A stretch of 59,940 nucleotides of DNA, filler included, from Squatina squatina (Eukaryota), in assembly GCA_031763465.1 (NCBI GenBank). It is 3 parts of 2 records of this genome, joined end to end, with 100 filler letters (N's around TTAATTAATTAA, not from the genome) between each part and the next. Parts side by side here need not be neighbours in the genome. Positions count along the whole stretch, not along the records: positions 1 to 19,121 come from JARFOE010000046.1; positions 19,222 to 32,051 come from JARFOE010987552.1; 1 more part is not named here. The stretch is one strand, 5' to 3'. The notes beneath the pieces are model-generated. The model did no database searches. It had not been told where the DNA came from and worked only from the letters and a program-made list of their open reading frames with translations. Below, one piece after another: positions 11,011 to 23,523 of the stretch (positions are counted from its first letter, which is position 1; every line of letters begins with the position of its first letter). The position numbers and the translations under genes were made by a program.

Positions 11011-14000
11011 CAACTTGTCCTGACCCCTTCAAAGACCAGTGTCTGTGCACCCCCTTTAAAATTGTACCATTTAGCTTATATTGCCTTGGCTCATTCTACC
11101 AAAATTAATCAGTTCACATTTCTCTGCATTAANNNNNNNNNNNNNNNNNNNNNNNNNNNNNNNNNNNNNNNNNNNNNNNNNNNNNNNNNNNNNNNNNNNN
11201 NNNNNNNNNNNNNNNNNNNNNNNNNNNNNNNNCCAGACTGTACTTACCCAATCACCAGTGTATTTACACACTGGTCATTCAGGGCATTCTTCTGACCTCT
11301 TATCCCTATGTCTTCAACCCTGTGTCAAAACAAACATTGATTTAGGCCTGTGTTGAAAGAGTTCATTAGCACACTTCATCGCTCTCCAATCCATTGCTTT
11401 CTGTTTCTTTGCACCAATTCAGATCAAGGCATTCAATTTAATTCAATTGCTGCTGCATTTTGCACCAATTTGCTTTGTGGAAAATTGAAATATTAAGGAA
11501 AGTCGAAAAGTGTTCACTTTGTCGGCTCTGTAAGCTGCGGTTTTAAATTATCCATGTCAGAAGGGAAAATAGGTCTGACTCCTGTCTTTTTAATGTCAGA
11601 CTGATTGCCCATTTTATTTTAAACTGATGCACATCTTGTGCTGAGGTGTTTTGTTGCAACGACAGCATTACTGTAAGCATCTTGAAGAAAGAAACATCTT
11701 AGTAATTGAGGAGTGAGAAAAATTCAATTAAAACTCTTGCTGCAGCTTTTGGGCAGACTTGTTATGCAGGAATGCATTGATGCACAAATACATAGTAAAT
11801 ATGACCCGCAGAAAATCCATCAAATATTTCCAAAATTAAGAACACACTGGAAGCAGTGGCAATGGTCAATTTCAAGACAATGGCATATTAAGTGAAACGA
11901 TTTCACACGATAATCTACACTACAGTTTTATAGTTGTAGCAGTGGTGTGACGTTCTTTCACTTCGCACAGAGGTAGTGACAATGTATCCCAAGTCTGCAG
12001 TCAGATTGAGCCCTGACTGCAGCAAAACAGAGTAAAACATTCGGAATGAGCCTGACTCACTCCAGAGTCAGATGTGGCCCGAGCTCTGGCTTTCCACTGT
12101 AGCAATTTAGCGCTGGTGCAAAGTGAAGTAGACATCACTTTGTACTGACTCTAAACTTGTAGTATAAATGCACTTTAAGTGGATGAATGGAATGCAGGCT
12201 TTGAGTATGTGGAGGTATCTGAGATTTAGGCTACAGTTATACGGTGGAGTGTGCTGTAAAGTTGGCAGACTGTAAATACAATGCTGTGGGTCACACTGAG
12301 GTCAGCACAATGCTTAGGCACATTAGGCAGAGCTCCACTCTCCAGGCTTCTGCACATTCCAAGACACTTGAGAGGTCTGAGCATGTCATATCCAAATTCA
12401 GTCAGCAAATCTGAATCTGCATATCAGCTGGTTTTGCTGCCTGCCGCCAGGAAAATTTACACAGTCGATAAGGCCCCTTGCAGACTGGAAAACACTGCAA
12501 CAATATCAGGAAGAATTTATATTTAAAGCAACTTACATTGTTTGTAAAAGGATGCATTTTGTGCACTTCGCTTTGTTGACATTATAAAAATTCATCTAAA
12601 TTCAAAAGTTCTGAGAAAGCAGTTTGCCGTTTTAATTACTGCATTTAGAAACGTGCGCTGTGTATATTGAGTGTAAGCAATTCTGCACTTTTTTACATGT
12701 ATATGCCTAGTGATTCTTTTATTTGCTTGGTGAGCGACAATACGAGTCGTATAAAGGTTCCCTATTTTCTTTTGGAGTAATGTATCAGTCCAAGAAGTGG
12801 TGTGAAATATTGCTTTTCTCTAACTTAACCACCTTGTAAGAACAGTTTTTCTTCCAAAGCATGTGTTGGGATTGTATACAATAAGGTGAGTTTGTTCAAA
12901 AAAATGTAAAGAACATTTGAATGTTTTCCGTGACAAAACTTAAAGGGAGCTTGAAACATGCACTATAAAAACAAGTTTGAGTTGATGTTTTTATTAAACG
13001 GAAGCACCTTTTATAATAATTGAAAATAAGCTATTGAAATGTAATATTATCAAAACACCCTTTATTTTCAGGTTTATCTTCAGAACAGTTATCAATATGG
13101 AGTTTGTGCCTATACACTTGTCATTGAAGGTATTCTTTGTGATGGTGGGCACAACCGACATCAAGTTGCTTCTAGATGTTTTATGGACATATTTTAATTT
13201 GTGAGAGCAAGTCAAAACAGTGAGCAATTCTACATTTTAAAAAACATTCTGAAGTTTTCAGTAAAGCCACCAATCCAATACCAAAATTAAGATATTAATA
13301 ACTAGAGCAACTAAAGAAATACAGTAATGTAGATATTACTTGCTTGGCTACCTAATTAAATACGCATTTAAAAAACAAGGAAGTTGAAACTGTTGACAGT
13401 GATTTTGGTTACAATGAAAAGTCTATTTATAGTCAAAAAGAATGCCAGTGAACCAATTTAAATAATGTGTACTAGATCCGCACACTGACTGAATGCGGTA
13501 ATTACACTTTTTAACGTTCAGACTATCTTAAAAATACATTAAATTTACATAAACATTGAACAGAAAATATTAAAGCAGCTTTTGAGTAGCAGGTGTTTTT
13601 TTGCTCAGTAAATAATAGTGTAGGTCGGCACGAACATCTTTAGGCTCTCTGTCTGACTATAATATTTGCATCATGCTCCAGAGACGACATACGATTATAG
13701 TAGCAATTCTGCTTTATTTATTGTTATTCTTTACTGTAATGAATTGAGTTAATTATAAANNNNNNNNNNNNNNNNNNNNNNNNNNNNNNNNNNNNNNNNN
13801 NNNNNNNNNNNNNNNNNNNNNNNNNNNNNNNNNNNNNNNNNNNNNNNNNNNNNNNNNNNTGCATCTATACGTACATTTCAGTAAACTATTTCTTTTAAGG
13901 TCAGCATAATTTCGTCAATAGCTTTGAAATTGCCACATAAAAAATTAATAATTGCAAAAGCTGCTTCTGTTTTAGTGCAATTGGTGTTCTATTCATATAA

Positions 14001-15729
14001 GTGCTTCTAGCCATCATTTGTATCCTAAGGCTTCTGATGCTTTTATAATTGGTTCTTTATGATTAAGACCTTTGACATTCCCTGCTGTGAAACCAAATAG
14101 AGATATCTCCATTATATTTATTAAACACTAGATGAGATCCTGGTATAAAACTACTTTAGGCTTTTCAGATTTCCTTAGAAATGGTGATAGCATGATGAAT
14201 GTCATAATTTGCTGGAAGTGATATTAATGTTTCCAATTTTAACTATCAATGTAATGGTTTTCTAGTCCTCAAGGTTAACAAAAAGGGATTTTCTTTTCGG
14301 AAGAGTGCCTTGAAATTGTCATAAGAAAACCAATAGAACTGGCAGTAACTCTTTTGGCAATGACAATGCGAGTCCATTTGATCACTCCAAGTTTCTGGCC
14401 ATCATTTATTTCCCCTTGCAACTAGATATAAGTTAACACATAGGTTTAGGATGTGCAACTAGGCAGTCACATTTTGACAGGATGATATGGCTGAAGCTCG
14501 AACAGTTCATCAGTACTGCACCACTGGCACACTTCAAAATATTAAAACACCATCATATCTCTTATTCTTTAAAATTGATCCATTTGTCCTCTTTTCAAGC
14601 TGTAAATTAGAAAAGCCACAAAAGCTCCTGCACTGGTTCAGCAAGCTTAGGGAGTGAGTAGCTGAGGTACACAGATCAAGGGATCTAATTTTCTCTGATA
14701 ATGCACTATTTAACACATTTGTGTAATTCTTTTTCAGCTACTAACCAGTTTTATTTTGAAGAGGCTTCCATGGTATGGATTTGAACACAGGTAGCAGAGG
14801 TGAAAGGACAATGTGCTAAACTCAATGCAGTGCCTGTGACAGTACCATTCATTACATTTGCAGAGCTTCTGGCCATACTACTTTGTAGAAAGTTGTGAAT
14901 AACTTTGGCTCACTCGTGTGACAAGAAATGACATCTCCGTGACTCATGGAGATGAATATCTGGCATTTAAAAAAGTGACAATAAACATGAATTAAAAATG
15001 AAGAGGGTATGAGGTAAGAAATGGATTNNNNNNNNNNGTTGTCTGCAAGAATAGTCAGTTTTTCTCCATTAGCATGTAATTGCAGTTCTTAAATGTTTTG
15101 CCATTTGCAGATTGCCCTTGTGGGGGAAGCTGTATATATCCTCTCATACGCACTGTACTATTGCTGGCTGGAATGTTTAATTCACTTTTACTGTCTCGGA
15201 TAAATGTGCTGTTACTCCTCACTTTAAAAGCTGCTTCTGTAAAAATTATCACATAGATAGAAATAGCTGGTTGATATTGAGGATGAAACAAAATAAATCA
15301 AACCAAAGATTTTCAGAACAATTCTCAACGAATAATTTTTTTTCCAGCTCAAATTTGTTACAGTGGTATTCTAAGGGAAAAGCTTTGCTCCCTGTATCCC
15401 AGCTGTGAGATTCAGTAAACTTTGTCTNNNNNNNNNNNNNNNNNNNNNNNNNNNNNNNNNNNNNNNNNNNNNNNNNNNNNNNNNNNNNNNNNNNNNNNNN
15501 NNNNNNNNNNNNNNNNNNNNNNNNNNNAGGTAATAAATGTTTAATTAATTAAATCAAATTCCTACTCATAAGGGCACACTGAATTCTGTCTGTTTGTTAT
15601 ATCCTTTCTGTCCTTCTCTTGGAGTGGCTACCCTAAAAAAAACCTTTTGAAGTTTTGAAGAACGTTCATTTAATCTCCATAACCATATCTGCTCCAGTGG
15701 AAATTGTCCTGGTATTTCAAATCTATTAT

Positions 15730-15860
15730 TCTTACAGTTTCTCAACCCTGTTGAATTTACATTGAATGCCCTCTGTAGCTTTAATACCCTTTCTATAATG
15801 GGGCACCCAAAATTGTAAACAGTATTCTAACTGTGACTTAACAGTTGCCTTGTAAAAAAT
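15730..15860 (-). mobile_element. Old CR1 ORF2 fragment
   Basis: FYKATVKSQLEYCLQFWVPHYRK resembles CR1 [19 protein letters not shown]. Confidence 0.75.
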
Positions 15861-16937
15861 TACCAGGGCAAAATTGGTTCTGGGAGGTAGCACAAAATAG
15901 GCAACAGCAAATTGGCAGCCCATTTTACACCCCAACCATTTATATTTCCCATTGACCTTTAATTCCTTGTTTACCTTCCTTAAATGCATTGCATCATGTC
16001 TCCACGTTAAATTGCATCTGTCACCTGTCCTCACATTCCAGTAACCTTTCTATGTCATTAATGCTAAGCATTAATTCATATGCTGTAATTCTGCTGCTAC
16101 CAGTTAAAACAGTAGCTATAGAGTGTGATCCGCAGCTGTGAATTACCCTCAGGATGCCAGAGTTTACATAAAGGCATGGAGTCTTTTTCTCAGCTGCAAA
16201 AATTGTTGTTGAGGGCATGGGCATGGGCATGAGCATTTGCTGTTTCTAAACATTAATAAAGCTTCTGCCTAAGTTCACAAAGTTTTCAGGAAATTTAATG
16301 TAATTTCTGTTGGGCAAATCATGCAAACTAAGATTAGTCAAGCCCCGACCTTATCAACATAATTTCAGAGCCTCTAACGAGTTTGCGCCATGCCTTCAAT
16401 GAGAGCCGCCAGCAGCAGCAACATAGCCCAGTAATAAGAGCCTGGCCTGTGTAATCCCAACTCTGAGTTGATATAAGCACCCTCCCCCAATCCATTCACA
16501 TACACAACCACTACATTGCATCATCAAATGCACCTTAATATTTTTTAATTTATTCAATACCATACTTTTTTTTTAAGATGAGACTTAAAACCTGTTAGAC
16601 ATTCTACATTTTATCGCAGCAATGGTTTCTAAAAAGACAGCAATAATACTGAGGGCTTTATAGAGAGAAAGAGGAAAAACTGGTAAGATGTAAATCAATA
16701 TGACCATTTCCATTCCATTGCCTAGTAATGTAATACAGTTATACCAGATGAAAATCGATCACTCAACATACAGAAATTGAAAATGGTTGCAAAATAGATC
16801 ATTGCGAAAAAAATCCACAGAGAAGGATTGTGCTCAACATGTTCACAGTTTCTGTCATGTTATTTCGCCCTATCCACCCAGCTATCGTCTCTTGTAATGA
16901 GATAATACATTCCAGCCTGACAACATCTTTAGAAATT

Positions 16938-17087
16938 TCGCTCAACCAGCTGCGATGGGCGGGCCACATTGTCTGCATGCCTGACTCAAGACTCCCGAAA
17001 CAAGCACTTTATTCCGAGCTTTGTCACGGCAAGCGATTACCAGGAGGGCAGAGGAAGCGCTTCAAGGACGTTCTCAAAGCCTCCCTG
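16938..17087 (+). mobile_element. RTE-clade LINE ORF C-terminal fragment
   Basis: NQLRWAGHIVCMPDSRLPKQALYSELCHGKRLPGGQRKRFKDVLKASL is the characteristic RTE C-terminal motif. Confidence 0.9.
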
Positions 17088-17453
17088 NNNNNNNNNNNNN
17101 NNNNNNNNNNNNNNNNNNNNNNNNNNNNNNNNNNNNNNNNNNNNNNNNNNNNNNNNNNNNNNNNNNNNNNNNNNNNNNNNNNNNNNNTCAAATGGCATAT
17201 CCTACCAACTGCACCAACTGCACCACTAGCCTCATTCGCTGCTCAATTCACTACACCCCCATCATCCACCTACCAACAACCTCTATCAATCAGTACTCAA
17301 CCATAAAATTCATATGCTTCACCTCATCCTCACACACATAATACTGTTGCAAGCCTTACAGTTCGCACACACTGGCAGCTATTCCACCATGACAGACATG
17401 TTCCCCAATCATATTGCAGGACACTCACTGAAACTCTTCCTTCAATCTTGCAG

Positions 17454-18170
17454 GAGGTGGTGGCACATAACAGGGGGCAGCAGGAAAGAACTGGAGGAGG
17501 TCAAGTGCACCTGCATGTTTTAACCCCCATGGAGGAGACAGTGCTGGCCATCATGTGAAGAGGTACTGCAGAGGCTGTGGCTACTGGTGGCACTGGAGGG
17601 ATCGATGATGAGGGTATCTGCATCCTTAATCCTACTCCTGTTCCGCTTCTCCCTCAACGCACAATCTCTTCTGACTCAAAAGGTGCAGATGGTGTAAGCA
17701 CACATTTCTTACTTTCTCCTCTCCCCTCCCCACACCCCAATCCTTGTCCCTTATTCATTTTAGATACCCAAGATCTGAAGCCTTCCCAATTTGTAGAGGA
17801 AGAGAAAGAAGAACATGAAGTTGAAGAAATACAGTCACTCGATCTACATTCACAGCCACCAGCTCCGATTCTGACACTGTGCGTATGTGAGAGGCTAGGA
17901 TAGAGGAGGGATCTGCACGTGGTGGGACACTGGGCACAAGTGCGCAGGATCTAGGGTAGCGGGAAAGGTTAGTACAGGTGTCAGCTCGCCAAGGGCAAGA
18001 TTGCACACAATTCTTGTTGCAAAGGCATCATATGAGGATTCCAATGAGCCAGGCTACAGAAGAAGGCTGATTGTTTGCACAACCAAATGCACTGGAAATC
18101 CTTGCCATGCTTTGTGGCTGCAGCAGTTAGCAAATTTCAATCAGGACCTCTTTTGTGAAGCAAAGATATC
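17454..18170 (+). mobile_element. PIF/Harbinger Myb/SANT-like accessory gene remnant with retained intron
   Basis: Exon 17454-17613 (TTGCAG|...G|GTATCT) reads EVVAHNRGQQERTGGGQVHLHVLTPMEETVLAIM*RGTAEAVATGGTGGIDDE, the AHNR..RTGGG..LTP.EE motif that follows Myb/SANT-like domains. In-frame TGA at 17556. Next exon from 17764 is acidic (DTQDLKPSQFVEEEKEEHEVEE). Right boundary approximate. Confidence 0.7.
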
Positions 18171-18517
18171 TCATGCATTGGTCCTCGCTGAAGCTGAAGT
18201 AGGAGAATTGCGAGAGCCAATTCAAGCGGCTCGAAACAGGCCACAGCATGCGTGGCGCCACAACCGGGGATGCGCCACACCAGCAGCGAGGNNNNNNNNN
18301 NNNNNNNNNNNNNNNNNNNNNNNNNNNNNNNNNNNNNNNNNNNNNNNNNNNNNNNNNNNNNNNNNNNNNNNNNNNNNNNNNNNNNNNNNNNTGACCTGGC
18401 CAATGCCACATCACTACTGCGTTAAATTAACCATTTTAAATGATTAGTTTGAAATTAACAGATAATATTTTCCAGTCATACTTAATCAACTTAATAAACA
18501 AATGGAAAATTACTCAC

Positions 18518-18668
18518 CAGTGTTTACACTGAGTCTTACAGCCGCAATCGCGTATTCCAGGGCTTGGTCTAAATGGTTCAGTGAAGTACTAAGTTCAGTC
18601 AATTTGTTAAATAGTCTGAGCTCTACATCAGTATTGCCTGTCATCTTAGCCAGAGGTACTGCCCCATC
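18518..18668 (-). CDS. SH3TC2: SH3 domain and tetratricopeptide repeat protein 2-like internal exon (151 bp)
   Basis: CCTTAG|GAT...ACT G|GTGAGT; translates DGAVPLAKMTGNTDVELRLFNKLTELSTSLNHLDQALEYAIAAVRLSVNT-G, similar to recalled human SH3TC2 [51 protein letters not shown]. SH3TC1 not fully excluded. Missed by the ORF track. Confidence 0.85.
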
Positions 18669-19121
18669 CTAAGGAATAATTCATAAAGCGTCATGTCAGA
18701 CAAATCAGATTAAGTTCACACCAGTGCCAGTTTATTGAGCAATGCTTGTTTTTGCATAAACACACGATTTTTTTCTCAAATCACAGGGACCCCAAGAACA
18801 TCAAAACTGAACTGGAAGAAAGATTTGCATTTATAAAATGCCTTATCATGAGAAATGTTGCAAAGAAATTCTCATACAATGAATTACATTAAAGTGCATT
18901 GACTTATTGGGGGAATTTTAACCTAAAAGGGCGGGTGGGTTTGGATCATGGGGGTAAACTAAATTGTTATAAATGGGATTCCCGACCTGATCCCACCTCC
19001 AACATGCCCACTTCTGGTTTTACCTTCTGGGCAGGACGTGTGCGGGCAGCCAACCTGCTCCCAGGAGGCGGGACATCAATTTCAATATAATGAGGCTCAA
19101 AGCCTCTTTTTTAACCTACAC

Positions 19122-19221
19122 NNNNNNNNNNNNNNNNNNNNNNNNNNNNNNNNNNNNNNNNNNNNTTAATTAATTAANNNNNNNNNNNNNNNNNNNNNNN
19201 NNNNNNNNNNNNNNNNNNNNN
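19122..19221. other. Artificial scaffold/contig linker
   Basis: 44 N + TTAATTAATTAA (19166-19177, stops in all six frames) + 44 N = 100 bp. Confidence 0.95.
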
Positions 19222-19416
19222 TTTAAATACCAAGGGAGCTGAATATCAATATTAACAAACCCTGTCACTCTGCAGGCTACTACTGACATAAGTTCTATAT
19301 TTGCATTAATACCCACCAATTTGTTTTCTACTGAAAATCTCGAAAGTTTGAGTCTTTCCCATTATGACGAATTGACTAGAGTTAATCAGACGACCATTTC
19401 TGTACCCGTCACTCAC

Positions 19417-19710
19417 CTACTATTACCACCACCAATGCCTCACTGAGCTGTGACTGTAACTGTCTTGTTTTGACCAAGGTTCTTTATAGGCATCCAAACC
19501 ACCATCCGTGATATGCAATGTTAGACTGAAATGTACACATGTTCTCTTTTGTGACTATTTCAATGGAGGGCAAAAGTGAAGCGCCTCTGTAAAAATATAA
19601 CTTTTTCTTGTGATATTCTCTGGTCACAGTGCAGATTATGCTGACCCTCTCTCCATCTAAATGCACTCTGTTTGGCCGAGTAAGATATATCACTGGCGCT
19701 TTTAGTGGAT
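19417..19710 (-). pseudogene. Disabled Ig-like domain exon (294 bp, phase 1/1)
   Basis: DPLKAPVIYLTRPNRVHLDGERVSIICTVTREYHKKKLYFYRGASLLPSIEIVTKENMCTFQSNIAYHGWWFGCL*RTLVKTRQLQSQLSEALVVVIV. Donor G|GTGAGT intact; acceptor reads CTG instead of CAG (19713-19711); in-frame TAA at 19486-19484. Confidence 0.8.
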
Positions 19711-20899
19711 CAGTGGTAAAATGAACAGAAGGTATAATTAGAAGTAGATCTGTGGATTTTCCTGTACATTAGAACGTTGGACACTTAATTATTTCGCTGT
19801 TTTGAATGGAAGTGCCAGCTTGGGGGATTTAGATTATACATCAGGGAAATATGCAATTCCATTGGCGGAAATGCTTAATAAATCCACTGGTGATCTGTTT
19901 GCAAAAACAGGGTTTAACGTTTAAATATCACTCTGGCAGACACGAGGAACAATGGGAAAGTGCAGATTAGAAATTCAGCATTCTGGTACTTGAGCCGAGT
20001 CATACCCTGATAAAAGAGATTGAAATTCTCTGCTAATAAGTGGGGTTTTACATTGCAAATAATGTGCCATGAAATTGGGAATGGTTATAAGACCGCCTTT
20101 TATTTACCATCTGTATTTGCCACTTGAGAAGGCGGTGAGTCTTCTTATTGAACCACTGCAGTTCTCTGTGGTGAAGGTGCTCCCGCAGTGCTGTTAGGTA
20201 GGGAGTTCCAGGATATTGACTCAGCAATGATGACAGATTTCAATGTCTAAGTCGGGATGACTTGTGATTTGGGGGAAATTTTGAGGTGGTGTTTTTCCCA
20301 TGACCTGCTGCCCTTGACCTATTGGTGGTGGAGCTCGCTGGTTGGGGAAGTGTTCCCAATCCAATTCAGGGGGAGATAGGAAAAGGCAAAATATAATCAA
20401 GTTCATATGTTCCACTTAACAGGATCAATTTGAAAAACTCAGCAAATATTTTTGGTTAATTAACAGAGAGATCTTCCTAAGGAAAAGGCCAACAAGTCTG
20501 CTGCTGCAACGTGAGGTGATACCACAGTCAGTGGAGCTAACTCACTGGTTATTGCATTTCCGACATTCTAAAAATTGTCAAACTGAGAAAAGGGCGACTT
20601 CTGCACCTTCACGCTTATCATTAACATGTATCAAAAATACCAGTGGTTGGAATACCAACACCAAGAGCCACCAATCTACCCTTTCTTCCAGTCCAAAACA
20701 CAGCCGTTCACCACTACTATTTGCAAGAAATTTGCTCGCATTCAATATTTGTCCAGGTTACTTTTGAAATTTACTCTTGCCAAATTCACAAGATCCTTTC
20801 AGGCAGTGCTTTCCAAACCTTAACAAATCGCTGCATTGAAAAGTCGACTCATCCCACATCTGGCGTTTCTATCAGTAAGATTAACTATGAACGACCCAT

Positions 20900-23330
20900 C
20901 TGATAGTGGAAACGGTTTCACTTTAATTACTTTAGAGAAATTCATCATGATTTTCAACTGCTAAATTAAATCTCCCCTTAATCTTCTCGTCTTTTATGGG
21001 AACAATTCCCAATTATGTCGCCTCTCCACACAAACTTAACACCTCATCCCTGGGATATCCCCAGTAAAGTTATGCTGCACCTTCTCCAAAGCCTTGGCAT
21101 CCTGATTAAAGTTCAGTGCCCGGAATTGGAAAGAATACTGGAGCTGAGTCCTGACTAGTGATTCCTATTTTTTATTGCAGGTTCTTGAATTTTACTTCTA
21201 CATCCCAATTGTAAAACCAAAAGCACCACACGTTTTATTCAACAGCCCATCAACTTGTCCTGCCACCTTCAATGATTACTGTACAATTACACTCATGTCT
21301 CGCTTTTGCTGCCCTCCTTAAATTAGTGCTATATTATTTAATAAGCCTCCCCTAATTCTCCCTGCAACTGCATCACCTCAAACTGTTCTGCGTAAAATCT
21401 GTCCTGCACGTATTAGCCCATTTCAGCAGTCTCTCTGAGTCATCCTGATGTATGTTATTATCCTTCGCAGTTTTTCAAACCTTTCCGAGTTCTGTGCAAT
21501 CTGCTAACTTTGAAAGTCTACTATGTAGAACCATGACCGGGTCATTAATATATCTTGAAATGAACAATTGTCCCATATACAGATCCTGGGTATAATACTG
21601 GTTACTTTTCTCCGATTGAAATGCCACCATTTGATCTATTATTTGTATCTGTCTGGAGAACAACATCCCATCCACCCAGCCTCTGTGCCTCCAATCATAA
21701 CAGTTCAATTTTGTTTGCAATTCTATTCTGTGGCAATTTATCTAAACCTGTGTGAGTCCATGTACAGGGAATCAACCAAAATACCCGTAAGTGGCATCTC
21801 CATCATTTCCTCAAATAACTCTATCAAGCTTGTCTGACACGACTTGACGTCTGTCAATTAGTAACCCATATTTTTCCAGATAATTGTTAAAATTGCCCCG
21901 GATTTTGGTCTCTGGAATCTTACCACCACATCAACTGTCTCCTCTGTATGTATCGGGTTCTCGCCATCTTTGAAAGGGCCTTAACATTTGCAAAACTCCC
22001 GTTCTTTGCCACCACTTGCATGTCCAAGGTCGATTTAGGTTTACAGTTAGTGCTTCCAGTATTACTTCCCTCATTAACGTAGGATGCACCCTGACCGGAG
22101 CAGGTGAATTTTCTACATCGAGTGATGCCAACCTTTCAATTTCTATTATTATTTATATTTATATTCTCCATTTTCTCTTCTCCAGGCTCCTTTTCTCCAA
22201 TATGGACAGTGTGACCTACTTTAGTGAAGGCAGTTGCAAAGAGTCATTTAATGTCTCAGCCAATCACTCTGCCACCAGAAGCACACAACATGTTTGAACA
22301 TAATCAGCTCCATCCTTTCTTGGACCATCCATTGTTATTCATATGTTTCCAACAAGATTTAGTGCTCCTTTTTATGGTACAAGGTAATATTTTTCCTAAC
22401 TTTCCCTTTGATGCTTTTATATCAGTTTTCAGCTCCCCTCTGCACTTTCTTTAATCTGTTCGATTCTTTCATGTATTATGAGCTTGGACTTTACCACAAG
22501 CTTCATTTTCCTGACATCTTAATCCAAATTTCCTTAGTTCTCCAGGGATGCTAGCGTTGGATGCCCTTCATTTCATCCTCATATGATTGTGTCTATTCTG
22601 TACGGTAACTATTTCCACCCATCGTTTATTAACAATTTTACCCAATCCTACTTGGCCACATCCCATTCAGCTCACTGAACTTATTATTTTTCCAAATACG
22701 AATATTGAACTTTGATTGTCCTTGTACTGTATCAGAAGTAATCAAATTCAAATTCTGTTTTTAAGATATTTCCAAGTTCACTCACAGTAAAACTTGCTGC
22801 ACTTGCTTCACATTATTTCACAGAACTCGCTTCACCACTCATTCCTTCCAAACTTGGCTGGAAACACATTGATCAAGGAAGTTGTATTGTACACATTTCT
22901 GAGAACCTTCCCCTGCTTTCCCTTTGCAGTAGCTTATGTTTATAATGGGAACATTGAATGTCCTTGTTGTCACTACGCTATTGTGTTTACAACTTTCTGA
23001 AATGGGCATGGAGATTTAATGCTCCCTCTCCTCAGCTTTAGTCGGCAGTTACTGGTCTAAACCTTATTCTTGCTCAGAACCAGAATCACATGACATTGGC
23101 CTCCTTTATTTTGGAGATTCATTTCTTTGGACTGATGTTCCAAGTGCTTGTTCGACTTTTCCCATTTCACCGCCTAGAAATGAATCCAGAATGACTTTGT
23201 TCCAAGGTCGGCTGGAAATGCGCTGATCAAGGAGGATTTCTTGAAACCATATCATAAATCTTTCCCCCATCTTCCTTATTACACTGCTCTCAGTTGATAT
23301 TTGAAACATTGATGGCCCTCATTATCTATA
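20900..23330 (-). mobile_element. Long, heavily decayed CR1 LINE (endonuclease to RT)
   Basis: GQLFISRYINDPVMVLHSRLSKLADCTELG (~21480-21580) resembles LFLIYINDL..ISKFADDTKLG; GERFMIWFQEILLDQRISSRPWNKVILDSFLG (~23170-23270) resembles the APE endonuclease end. Boundaries approximate. Confidence 0.7.
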
Positions 23331-23523
23331 CAATAATGTGTTTACAGATTTGTCTTGCAGATTCTGTTCTCCCTCTCCTGGCCACTATTTGGTGCACACC
23401 AATCTGCATTTTTGTGTTACTCGTATTAAGAATCACTGGAACCGGCTCAACACAACATTAGCGATTCATTAGTTTAAGCCAATAATTATAAACTTGCTGC
23501 AATGTCAGGAAAACATTATTTAC

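Noticed and set aside
14534-14599. Minus-strand acceptor TTTTCTAATTTACAG| opening LEKRTNGSILKNKRYDGVLIF*
   Set aside because: Does not resemble the expected SH3TC2 or UBTD2 exons; too short to support alone.
19166-19177. TTAATTAATTAA palindrome as a biological motif
   Set aside because: Centred in exactly 44+44 N and repeated at 32096; assembly linker.
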